Below are positions 12,691 through 23,714 of a stretch of 64,000 bases of DNA, piece by piece. How positions within the stretch are numbered: position 1 is the first letter of the stretch; the number at the start of each line of letters is the position of its first letter. This stretch comes from Eledone cirrhosa. Taxonomy: Eukaryota. The stretch spans positions 20,150,001 to 20,214,000 of the forward strand of contig OZ024764.1 of NCBI GenBank assembly GCA_964016885.1. The letters run 5' to 3'. The position numbers were made by a program, and so were the translations under genes. The notes under the pieces were generated by a model. The model saw only the letters and a program-made list of their open reading frames with translations. It ran no database searches and was not told where the DNA came from.

Positions 12691-14754
12691 CAGTGGTACC
12701 TTGACTTACGAGTGTCCCAACTAATAAGTTTTTTGAGATTCGAGCCCTCTCTCGGCTGATTTTTTGCGTTGAGTTCCAGAGTAAAATTCGGGTTACGAGT
12801 CAGCTTCAGATGCCCCGCCACGAGTTGCCATAGTGACCGCCACAGGCAATACCGTAACACCCGCCCAGCATCCCATGGCTTCGAAGAAAGTGAGGGCGAA
12901 GGACAGTTCTGAGAAGAAGAAGCAGATGATGTGTATTGAATTAAAGAAAGAAATTATAGAAAAACATGACCAAGGTGTGTGTGTAGTGGACTTGGTGAAG
13001 CAGTACGAGCGTAGCACTTCTACGATATGTACCATACTTAAGTAGAAGGACTTGATAAAGGCTATAACCCCAGCTAAGGGTGGTAAAATAATTTCTAAAT
13101 AGCGGACATCTATCCATGAAAATATGGAAAAGCTGCTGATGGTGTGGTTGACGGAGAAGCAGGTCGCAAGAGATACTGTGATGAAGATTATAATATGTGA
13201 GAAGGCACGAGCTATTTACGCTGATTTGCTGCAGCAGACCCCAGGTACTTCTACGGACGAGGCATCGGCAAGCCCTTTAATGCCAGTCAGTTGGGGTTGG
13301 TTTGAGAATTTTAAAAAGAGGACCGGCATTCACTCCGTTGTCAGGCATGGTGAGGCAGCGAGGGCGGATATGAAGGCAGCTGAGGATTACCTCAAAACCT
13401 TTGTCTGAATTATAGCAGCGAAAGGATACATCCCTCAGCAAGTCTTTAACTGTGATGAAACAGGACTTTTTGGGAAGAAGATGCCAAGGAGGACTTATAT
13501 AACGGCAGAGGAGAAGAGGATGCCTGGCCACAAACCCATGAAGGATAGGCTAACCCTCGCACTGTGCCACTGAGCGGTGAGTGTAAGATTAAGCCGCTGC
13601 TCGTTTATCATTCGGAAAACTTTAAGTCACATAAGATTCTGAAAGAAAAACTGCAGGTTATGTGGAGGGCAAACCCGAGGTCATGGGTCACCAGGTAGTT
13701 TTTTGTGGAGTGAGTGAATTTGGTCTTTGGTCCTGACGTTAAAAAATATCTCCATGAAAATAACCTACACCTGTAAACCCTTCTTGTCCTACATAATGCA
13801 CCTGATCACCCACCCACCCTCGAAGAGTTCAAGTTTATAAAGGTCCTCTACCTTCCACCAAACACCACCCCTATCCTACAGACCAAGGACCAGCAGGTAC
13901 TTTCTAATTTCAAGAAGCTCTTCACCAAGCACCTGTTCAGTCGCTGCTTTGAAGTGACGGAGAGCACAAACTTCACCCTTGAGAGGTCTGGAAGGACCAT
14001 TATAATATCGTGATATGCCTCAGAATTATCGATATGACATGGCAGGGTCTTACAAAGAGGACCTTGACCTCTACATGGAAGAAGCTGTGGCCTGAGGTTG
14101 TGTCTAAAACAGACTTTGAAAGACTCGAACCCGAAGCGGCAGTGGTGGAGGAGATTGTACCCCTCGGTAAGTCCATGGGCCTGGACATGGATGAAGGTGA
14201 CATCAACGAGCTCATCGAGGAGCACTCCAAGGAGATGACAACGAAGGAATTAAAGGAGCTACAGACACAGCAACACACGGCGTTTTTGCAGGAAATAGGT
14301 GACACAGAGGAGGTTATCTCAACAAGTGAGATGAAACAAACCTCATTAGACAGGTTTTTATCGAAAATCCCTGCAGATAAAAGTGAGGAACGCGTGGCGA
14401 AAAGGGCAAAAATCAGCGAATAAGATTCAGTTATTCAGTTCATCCTTTCTCCTCCGTCAACATCCTCAAGTCGTCTGATCTCCAAGATAGATTCTGTACA
14501 TTATACTTAATAAAACCAGTTTATTGTAGTACATTCTATTGTATTGTTTTTTATATACAATATTTGTCATTTATAAGTACATTTTTCTTATTTAAAAACA
14601 CGTAACAAAACAAACTGTGGTTTTTTGGGGGGTCTGGAACGGATTAACGGCATTTTAATTTATTTCAGTGGGGAAAATTGATTTGACATACGAGTAATTT
14701 AAGTAACGAGGTCCTCCACGGAACAAATTAAACTCTTAAGTCAAGGTACCACAG
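12691..14754 (+). mobile_element. Tigger/pogo (Tc1-mariner) transposon, near full length, degenerate transposase
   Basis: 23-bp TIRs CAGTGGTACCTTGACTTACGAGT / ACTCTTAAGTCAAGGTACCACAG in TA-rich flanks. CENP-B-like HTH motifs (ELKKEIIEKH, GWFENFKKR, HGEAA) and an FNCDETGL motif, with several stops. Confidence 0.9.
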
Positions 14755-14779
14755 TGTGTGTATATATATATATATGAAG

Positions 14780-14948
14780 AAACGATCGACTTTCGTCAAA
14801 TCGGACCGAGGAAGCAATGTTTCCATTGGTCTTTCCAATTGTTAGTACTATCGGTCGCAATTCCAGGTAGAAGGAACAACGTGAAATAAAGTGTCTTGCT
14901 CAAGGTCATAACGCATCGCCTGGTCCAGGAATCGAACTCACAACCTCA
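14780..14948 (-). mobile_element. tRNA-derived SINE (5'-truncated); paralog ~41120-41287
   Basis: Reverse complement gives gaggttgtgagttcgattcc...ccttgagcaagacactttatttcacg, matching the full copy at 60558-60770. Confidence 0.75.
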
Positions 14949-15529
14949 AGATATATATATATAAATGAAGAATATAGAAATTATTGTAGCAAAAAGCCAA
15001 CAGTATTCCATTTCATTTGAGTTTGAGTCCATGCTCAGGCCAAGTCGAAGACTCCACCCATTATATATATGTATATATATATATATATAGTATAAAAGAG
15101 AAAACACAGGTAAGCATTAAGAGAAGGATTTTATCCAGGTATTTACGACCGTTTCATTGGTAAGTGCAACCTTATATTTCTATCCTGCAAATAGCAGCCA
15201 CTCAATTATAATTGTTGTTCACAGTCCAAATTTTCAAAATAGTAAGTTACTCTTGAAATGATTCTTAATATATAGAGAAAAACATTTATTTGGAATTGTA
15301 TTTACTAGTAGAGAGAGAGAGGAATAAGAAGGTGAGGGGACAGACGGAATAGTATAGAGAGAGAGGAAGGGGGAAGAGGTAGGAAGTAGAGTGACAAACT
15401 GAGATGGAGGGAGGCGTAGAGGTGGCAGGATTCTTTGGTCAGTTTTGATAGCAGACTTCATGTCGTGGAATATAGTGAGTTAAAGAGAATTAAATTGATC
15501 ATTTTTGGAGGGATGGATATATATATATA

Positions 15530-15683
15530 GTTAAATATTAGACAGGAACAAAAAAACAGAGGCAGTGCAAATGGTAGTTTATACCGAGAGAGGGACAGAC
15601 AAACACATCTATACCCCTACTACAGTAAAACATAAAACATATGTAAGGGGAGACAACTCTCGTTACATCGCCCCCTTCTTTTT
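15530..15683 (-). mobile_element. LTR remnant preceded by a polypurine tract; related pieces at ~19400-19440, 41800-41948 and 60828-60870
   Basis: Minus strand reads AAAAAGAAGGGGGCGA then TGTAACG..., with an internal TATAAA. Confidence 0.4.
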
Positions 15684-16380
15684 GATATACGTCCTTTAAA
15701 TACTTTGTTCAATGGAATCTGCTTTATTTTGTGTCCTAAGTAGATTTCTGTTTAAGTATTTACGAGATTCACAATGATTCACGTAACCAAGTTACTTACA
15801 TAGAGATATATTTCACATAGAATCACAACAAATGAAAATATTAAGTCAACACTCTGTCAATCAGTCTCACATCACATGGGGTGCCGGAGTCTCCCTCTAA
15901 TACTTTCTGAGACAGTCTTACCTCGAGTGATAGCAAGGCTAAGATGTTGGAACTACCAAACACCCTCATATGTATCACCTGACACCTCGGTAAGGAGAGC
16001 TGCCAACGATAACAAGAACCTCGTTGTCAGGGACCTATCTCCTCCAAACTTCTCCAACACCACAGACTAGAATATTCTACTCTTTATTCCCTATCAAATA
16101 TATATCAGTCTAGTCATTTGTCTTGTATCTTGTATATGTATTTTCAAAACTAACTGTCACATTTGTCAGGGTACTTAGTTGTTCCGGCAAATTATCCTCC
16201 ATATGACCCAATCTTACCGAGATACCCGGTGATCTCTGCCAGGGTACTCGATTGATCCAGCACCCTACTATTTCTACCAACAGGTTATATCGAGGTATCA
16301 AGTGATACTCTTTTCAAGTCAAGACCTCCTCTGCTGTCCTCTGTCTTCCAACTGCCCTGTTATTCTACAGACTCACGAAA

Positions 16381-18895
16381 GCTATCTCACCGCTTTTCAT
16401 AGGCGCCGCTAAATTGCACTGCTGGTCTCTCCTCTCCCACGTGCGTCCAACTCCTTAACACCGGGAGCTGCCAAAACTCGCGTCCACACCGTTGCTGGTC
16501 ACCACTAAGAGGGCCACCTGCTGGCCCTCCCGGTCGAGCACTCCCCCGCTTCCGGCCACCGCATGCCACACCATACCCACACGCCCCCCCCCCCTGATCT
16601 CAAGGATCAATTTCCTCCTCGTCCGTCTACATATGAAAGTCTGCTGTCCAGGTTGGTGGTTTACGACTTCTTTGCGAGATCCGCAGTGTTGGGGCAGCAC
16701 TTTGGGTTTCCTCTACCTCGGAGTCCGTTGACACAGTGATTCTACGGACATCCAGGACATGACGTGGTACTCCGTCCACGGACACATTGTTCTGGGAATT
16801 TACGGCCGTCACTGTTCCCCTTCCCCATTGAGATGTGCAACGTGCATCTGGGGGCTTAACCCAGACTTCTTCGCCCACCTGCACGGGTGCCACCACTCGT
16901 ATCTGAATACTGCTCTGTGTGGCACCGATTCCTCGACCTGTCCCACCCGAGGGGACATGTTGTACCAGAACACTGCCTCCATTGGTGAGATATGGCCCCG
17001 CTCCGCCATTGCCTTGATCCTCTGGTGGTGTCGCTCCACAATTCCATTCCCGCTCGGCATGTGCGCTGCTCTGAAGAAACGGTCCACCTTCCATCCATCG
17101 AGCATCTCCCTCAGCGCCTCCGAGCGGAACGCTGCGCTGTTGTCCATCAGCAGTTCGTCCGCAGGGCCCCGCTCCAAGAACACCTCTCTCAACGTCCGCA
17201 TGATTTCCTCGCCCGTTCCAGTCTTCATCTCCCTCCATATCGCCTTCCGTCCTGGTCCACAGTCGACCATCGAGAGGTACGTTCCCTGTCGGTAGTGCGT
17301 TACATCCACCGCCAATCGTTTCCAGTCGCGATCCACTGGGAGGCTTCCCGTTTCGTGTACACCCGGGGTGGATCAATGGACTGACATCGGATGCAGCCTC
17401 TAACCACCCTTTGAACACTGTGACTGTTAACGTCCGAGTCGATTCTCCTGGCTAGGAACAGGCTCCTATCCACTCCCATGTGGTGCATGTCATGCAACCC
17501 TTTCAGATCCGACTCGGTCAGCCGACACACGGCAGCTATCTCATCTTCTACCTCCTGCGGCGCTTCCATCCAGGCTTTCTTCACCCTAGTTAAGATGTCC
17601 GCCCTATTTTTCTCTGAGGGCACGAAAACTACGCTCAGCCTCAGGTCGAACTCGGTGGCCAGCTCTCCTAAAGTTCCCAGGCGGTGCTTTATCAGCATCT
17701 CCGCCGCGCCTCTCGTTCGCACTCTCTTCTCACTGGTGCGCACTGATCTCACCCATCCGAGTACAGTAGCCGAGTCGGTGCGTATCTCGATGGTGCGCAG
17801 CCCCCACCGCAGGGCGAGGTTCACCCCTCTCAACACTGCGTCCAGTTCGGCCACATTGATGCATCCTCGACCTCAACACCTCCTATCTCCAACGTGACAC
17901 CCAGCGCTATGCTGCTGGCATCGCACCATACGGTCCCGCTCTGTGATTTGGGAGCATACCAGCGTCGCCGCACTGGGTCGTCGGCCATCACCCTCCCCAC
18001 GATCCCCTGCATCATGGCCACCGTCCTCTCTCCCGCTCGTCTCTTGACATAGCTGCATGCCGTCCGGAGCCACCCAGCAATCGGGTAGTGACCCACCAAC
18101 TTTCCACACACCGAGAAAAGCTCCCGCCTACTCATACTTGGGCCCAGTTCTGGAACTTCATTTCCCCTCTGGAATACCAAGACGCCCGTCCTGTTTCGCC
18201 GTAGCCTAAGTCCCAGTGCGGCTCCTCCCTCCAACGCTTCTGACGGCTTCGCAGCCAGTCCATACCCCTGTAAATGGCTCGTGACCTCCGCCGCCGCCAC
18301 CACAGACTCGTCCACTAGGATGTCGTCAATATAGGAGTTAGTGGCCCACTTCATCTTGTCGGACTTTCCCAGAATGGTCTTGAGGACCGCCGCCATGATC
18401 TTCGGTGCGGAGCTCAGCCCGAATCCGAGCTTGGTCAGGCAATATGTCCGGCCCTTATACCTGACCAGCTGATACTGCCAGAGCTTCTCATCTATATGCA
18501 ATTGCAAGTATGCCGACTTTAGATCTACGATTGCTGAACCCCCCCGTCATGCGTCTCCACTCACGCAGGGTTTCCCCACAGACATCCGTGACCTCGCCAC
18601 CCGTGTGGCATGACAGGTGCTCGTTCAGCTCCCGAAAGTCCAGCACCGGCCTCACCTTGTTCTTCGTGGGTTGCGCCACCGCCATTAACGGCAATACTCT
18701 GCACTTCACCTCCACTTTCCAGGGAAGCAGTATGCCCTCCTCAATCCATCTCTCTACCTCGCTCCTAATAGTTTCCTTTCAATGTGTGTTGATAGCAGCC
18801 CACTTTGGTCTTCAGTGTTGGTGGTTCTCCCTTCCAGTACCACTCAACAACCCATTGTACACGGCCTTGAAGTCTTTGTCCTGCACAGTGTAAGC
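16381..18895 (-). mobile_element. Gypsy LTR retrotransposon fragment (RT-RNaseH-IN, frameshifted) with PPT and partial 3' LTR
   Basis: RPVLDFRELN, LGFGLSSAP, YIDDIL (RT); WCDAS, AELDA, RTDSATV (RNase H); H..HH..C..C, AVDVTHY, LMDN, NGIVER (integrase). A G-run PPT at 16584-16594 is followed by TG. Private to unit A. Confidence 0.9.
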
Positions 18896-20310
18896 GGTAT
18901 AGACCTACCTACAATTGATGTAATCCCAGTTATGTTGGACTGTAATATACTGGGGTATAGAGAGGCCTTAACCTGTCACAGCCGAGCCACCCAGGGTTGT
19001 GTCATCTAGGTACCAGACAGGGGTGACTAGACCATGTTGTCAACTGTCACCACCAATAGGAGTGAGGCGAGTGGGTCCCCTTGCTAGACACCACATATAA
19101 AAACGTATTTGTTAATTACTTTAATGAATAATTTGTTTCATACGTAATTATTACTTTTAACACAACAGGATTTTGTACACGTGTTTGTTTGAAAACATCT
19201 TTCAAAGAAGTATGAGACAGTCTTTTGCAGTCTTCTGGAGTTGCGACCGATAGATAGTATTAGCAATTGGAAAGACCAATGGAAACATTGTTTCCTCGGT
19301 CCGATTTGACGAAAAGTCGATCGTAAAGAAAAAATATATATATTTATATATATATAGTGAGAGAGAAACACACAAACGTACACTACTGTAAAACACATCT
19401 AAGGGGAGACAATTCTCGTTACATTCACCCTTCTTTTTGATATACGTTCTTTATATGTTTTGTACAATGGACTCTGCTTTATTTTGTGTCCTAAGTAGAT
19501 TTCTGTTTAAGTATTTACGAGATTCACAATGATTCACGTAACCAAGTTACTTACATAGAGATATATTTCACATAGAATCACAACAAATGAAAATATTAAG
19601 TCAACACTCTGTCAATCAGTCTCACATCACATGGGGTGCTGGAGTCTCCCTCTAATACTTTGTGAGACAGTCTTACCTCGAGTGATAGCAAGGCTAAGAT
19701 GTTGGAACTACCAAACACCCTCATATGTATCACCTGACATCTCGGTAAGGAGAGCTGCCAACGATAACAAGAACCTCGTTGTCAGGGACCTATCTCCTCC
19801 AAACTTCTCCAACACCACAGACTAGAATATTCTACTCTTTATTCACTATCAAATATATTTCAGTCTACTTATTTATCTTGTATATGTATTTAGAAAACTA
19901 ACTGTCACATTTGTGAGACCCCAGTTAGTGATGTTTTCGTCTCCCTCCCACATCCTACATGCTGTAGTAAAAGTGAGGGTCACTGCTTCTGTAGACGAAC
20001 GAAATAAAAGCTAAACTACCAGTAATTATCGGCAAAGTATTTATTCCAGTCTGTGATGTTTGAGAAGCTGGGCTGCTGACAACGAAGTTGTGGTCACTGT
20101 TGGCGGCTGGCTTTACAGAAGTACCCGATGACTCTTGTGAGGGTACTTAGCTGTTCTGGCGGTTTAGCCCCCATATGACCCGATCTTACCGAAGTACCCG
20201 GTGATCTCTGTAAGAGTACTTAGCTGTTCTATTTTAATTACATTTACTGATTTCAACTTTCATTTTCTTTATTACAATCTTTACATAATTTAATTCGGTA
20301 AAAATATTTT

Positions 20311-20455
20311 TTACGTCACAAAAAAACTTGACCTTTGACATTGAAGCATGCGCAGTGGTGCAGTTGTCGACTTCCTGTCCCCGTGTTAGTCTTCCTACAA
20401 CATCATTTAGAAAACATTTCTGTAAATACTAAACACCTGAGACTATAATGTAAGT
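20311..20455 (+). promoter_or_regulatory. Candidate promoter and non-coding first exon for ZNF-B
   Basis: TTACGTCA (CRE/ATF-like) at 20311, TGACCTTTGAC at 20329, GCATGCGCA (NRF1-like) at 20346, ACTTCCTG (ETS) at 20370, and donor GTAAGT at 20450. Confidence 0.45.
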
Positions 20456-20799
20456 ATTATGTCTATTAATATTGTAGATTTAAGCTCACTTTTCACATCA
20501 CAAATATATATTTTCTTCGCTCAACCTTAAGTCTCACGTCAGAAATGAAATTTATTTACATTTTCGATTCATTAAAAACTATTGTTTATCTGAATACAAA
20601 AACTGGTTGGACGACTACGGGCTGGCACTACGTTAGTTGATGTAAATGACATCGTTAATGAGAATACTACACTTGTTACTCTTATACCTGTCATACACGG
20701 TGACAATCTATGTTACAGTGGCTGGTAAGACGGCAGTGACAGTGTCAATTGTCCTGTTTATAATGAAACCTGCACATTAAACCATTATTCTGAGACTCA

Positions 20800-21181
20800 C
20801 AAGAAATGGAGATGGCGATGTAACCCCGACAATGTCTCCCAAGCAGTGCGACATAATTGTTTTTTTCAAGGAAGCCATGTGCCACTCGATCACCTTATTT
20901 GTATTTTATACATGTGGTGCTACAATTATACACAAGCTGAGATGATTCGAGAAACGGGAGTCTCCCAACCGACAATTATTGACTGGTGCAATTTTATTCG
21001 AGAAATTTGCCAGCAATATTTGGAGGAAAATCGCCAACAACTTGGAGGCTTCGATGACAATGGTGAGTCCATCATTGTCGAGATCGACGAGAGCCAACAT
21101 GGTACCAGAGCTGCTTTATTTCAATCTTATATTGCAGTCTTTGGTGACAGAGAGTTGGTGCCAACAAGTTTGGCGAGATGA
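20800..21181 (+). mobile_element. Merlin/IS1595-like transposase fragment
   Basis: WRWRC...FF.GS....W......IIDWCNFIRE.C....LGG.....IVEIDES; internally deleted. Confidence 0.75.
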
Positions 21182-21327
21182 TAAACTGCATTGGAGCAAT
21201 TGATATGGTGTTTCATTACTGGAAATATAAAATGTTATGGTAATTATCTATATTTTACCTCACACCTTAGGGGTTAACTACACACTTTGAGGCAAGCCAA
21301 CACACTGGCAGCAATACCACAGGTGAT

Positions 21328-21489
21328 GGTGAGGCTAAGGTGCTTAAATAACCAGGTACCCTCACGGGTATCACCTGACAACTCAGTAAGGTGAGGCTAA
21401 GGGGCTGAAATAACCAGGTACCCTCACGGGTATCACCTGACACATCAGTAAGGTGAGGCTAAGGTGCTGAAATAACCAGGTACTCTCAC
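21328..21489. repeat. 62-bp minisatellite (~2.6 copies)
   Basis: Unit ggtgaggctaaggtgctgaaataaccaggtaccctcacgggtatcacctgacacctcagtaa. Confidence 0.85.
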
Positions 21490-21845
21490 GGAAACGACTA
21501 GATTTGTAGAAAAAGCAGGTTGAAAGTATACGAAGAGATGTAGTTTCACAGATCTACTCACCTCACGTTGGGTGGGAAATAATTATTTTTCTTAGAATTC
21601 TTTCTCGACCCCTTTTGAATATTTTCTCTGGACCCCTTAGATACTTGTAATAGACGTTTTATTCCCCAGTATTAGGGTTAGGGTTTCCGTTTTCAGGAAG
21701 AATAGTCGATTGCAAACATCTAAGAGGTCGAGAAAAATAATTAAGGAAAGATAATTATTTCCCAGCCAACTGGAGAAGTGTGTAGCTCTTCTAAACTCCG
21801 ATAATCCTGTCTCCCACTTCTTTATCTACAAATCTAGTCGTTTCC
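21490..21845. mobile_element. MITE with 26-bp TIRs and a nested internal inverted repeat; paralogs 50107-50466 and 63679-64000+
   Basis: GGAAACGACTAGATTTGTAGAAAAAG...CTTTATCTACAAATCTAGTCGTTTCC (1 mismatch). Inner arms at ~21575-21612 and ~21722-21763 flank a TAGGGTTAGGGTT motif. No TSD seen. Confidence 0.75.
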
Positions 21846-22353
21846 TGCAACTTTGACGGCCCTATTTATTGATAACACCACCTGTAAATCTTTGTCAACT
21901 TTTCATACGTAAATTGTGAATCAGTTATTTTTAAACAAACTATCAAAGAAGTGATCTCACAGTAACTGTGTTTGATTTAATCAACTTATTCCCCCCAAAC
22001 ATTGTCGACCTTGTGTCTAAATCAGAAACTATTATTAGATCTTAAATCAACCCCGTAAAGATGAAGGGGAAAGCTAACCTCGGCGGGATTTCAACCCTTT
22101 ATGTTTTGAGTTCAAATCCCACCAAAGTTAGCCTTGTCTTTCAATCTAACGGGGTGGATAAATAAAAGTTCCAGTAATCTACTGGGGTCTGAGATATTAA
22201 ACGTTTGAGTAGATTCTATCTTTTGTGTGTTTGTATTTATAATCTTACTAGAACACCTGTGACCTGTTGGGTCACGTTCCCTTTAAAAATAATTTTTAAA
22301 TAATTAAAATATACACAGACATGTCTATAATCTAAAATGAAATTAGTAGGCCC

Positions 22354-22391
<38 letters not shown>

Positions 22392-22421
22392 AGATCAAAA
22401 GATGGTTAAAGGAGTTCCATG

Positions 22422-22492
22422 TATTTTATTATGCGCATTTCAAAAACAAACATCATCATGCAATAATATTTGTGTTTTCATCAGATAAAACA
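22422..22492 (-). ncRNA. Minimal type I hammerhead ribozyme (mirror copy)
   Basis: Exact reverse complement of 22611-22681 within the palindrome. Confidence 0.75.
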
Positions 22493-22610
22493 GGAGAACA
22501 TGATATGAAGGCTAAAAAACACTTGTGGATAGTGCAGTTTTAAATCAACATATGTTGATTTAAAACTGCACTATCCACAAGTGTTTTTTAGCCTTCATAT
22601 CATGTTCTCC

Positions 22611-22681
22611 TGTTTTATCTGATGAAAACACAAATATTATTGCATGATGATGTTTGTTTTTGAAATGCGCATAATAAAATA
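22611..22681 (+). ncRNA. Minimal type I hammerhead ribozyme
   Basis: Stem I UGUUUUAU/AUAAAAUA; CUGAUGA at 22619-22625; 16-pair stem II at 22626-22661 (one C-U mismatch, three G-U pairs); GAAA at 22662-22665; 2-bp stem III with a palindromic GCGC loop; AUA cleavage triplet at 22671-22673. Confidence 0.75.
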
Positions 22682-22831
22682 CATGGAACTCCTTTAACCA
22701 TCTTTTGATCTTATATTATGTATACTCCAGTCCTACAAACTGTAGAGTGCTTCTTATCCGATATCTGCATTGCTTTATTGTACTACAATAAAACTCACCT
22801 CCTACATATATATATATATATATATATATGC

Positions 22832-22899
<68 letters not shown>

Positions 22900-23142
22900 G
22901 TCACTTGTTACAGCTATCTCTCTCTATTTATAAAGGTACCAGAAAAACCCCATTTTTACGTGAAACTTATTTTATCCCATTTGTATTCCCATTTCAGGGT
23001 CAACTTCCTTTCAAACTATTTTCCCGTTATGCCCCGTTTTGGCTGTATTACATTACAGACAAGACACAATCACAGAGTTTTAGGTTTATAATGTTATAGT
23101 ATCATGATAGGGTAATACAGTTATTTATAGACCTGTGGTAAA

Positions 23143-23302
23143 TGTTGGTTCAGTCCACCCTGGGGGATGTTAGTGTTGGTTCAGTCCACCCTGGGGGGTG
23201 TTAGTGTTGGTTCAGTCTACCCTGAGGGGTGTTAGTGTTGGTTCAGTCCACCCTGGGGGTGTTAGTGTTGGTTCAGTCCACCCTGGGGGTGTTAGTGTTG
23301 GT
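23143..23302. repeat. 30-31-bp minisatellite (~5 copies)
   Basis: Unit gttagtgttggttcagtccaccctggggg(g)t. Confidence 0.9.
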
Positions 23303-23714
23303 CATTGATAACCTTTATAACTAGAGGCCTGTTGGTGAGGACAAGCTGGATGTGGTGACATCTTTCTGCTACCTGTGTGACATGTCAGCTGGAAGTGGAG
23401 CCAAGTTCACTGCCATCGTGCTGTGCCACTCCACAGGTAACAAGTTTAGGCAGCTTCTCGTAATCCTCAAGACATGCTGGCTACCATTAGACACCATGGG
23501 GCAGGTTTATAACACCTGTGGGAGAAGTGTGTTGTTTCATGCCAGCGAGACCTGGGCCATGTTATCTGACTGTCTGAATTGACTCTGAAGAAATGACAGA
23601 GCTATGATCCACTGGATGTGTAATGTGACCATTGAGGATGATGTCAGCTCAACTGAGCTCCTAAAAAAACTGCTGATCGACAACCTCAAGGATGTGTTTC
23701 ACAGGAGACATGCA

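Larger units (their letters stand above)
1..22101. repeat. Tandem segmental duplication unit A (ZNF gene module)
   Basis: Sequence from position 1 (gagttcaaatcccaccaaagtt...) recurs at ~22103. The order RTE relic, piggyBac MITE, 39-mer array, ZNF exon, ZNF relic, Helitron, 48-mer array recurs in the later units. Boundaries are approximate. Confidence 0.85.
22384..22807. mobile_element. Penelope-like element terminal fragment: 336-bp perfect palindrome plus an 88-bp tail, inserted in (TA)n
   Basis: 22384-22719 is self-complementary about 22551/22552. It is flanked by (TA)n, absent at the paralogous site (~254), and carries hammerhead motifs. Confidence 0.7.
22248..23090 (-). mobile_element. 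Non-autonomous Helitron with a microsatellite core hosting a palindromic insert
   Basis: Hairpin plus CTAG at 22248-22280 on the minus strand. 22905-23082 is a diverged reverse complement of the Helitron 5' half at 54623-54810. Confidence 0.65.

Noticed and set aside
15090-15230. Possible second hammerhead/Penelope end (minus strand GAAACGGTCGTA) between TA tracts; paralog ~41380-41510
   Set aside because: No CUGANGA core was found at a compatible position; at most a decayed relic.
21673-21686. Telomere-like TAGGGTTAGGGTT
   Set aside because: Only two units inside a MITE repeated in each unit; not an interstitial telomere array.
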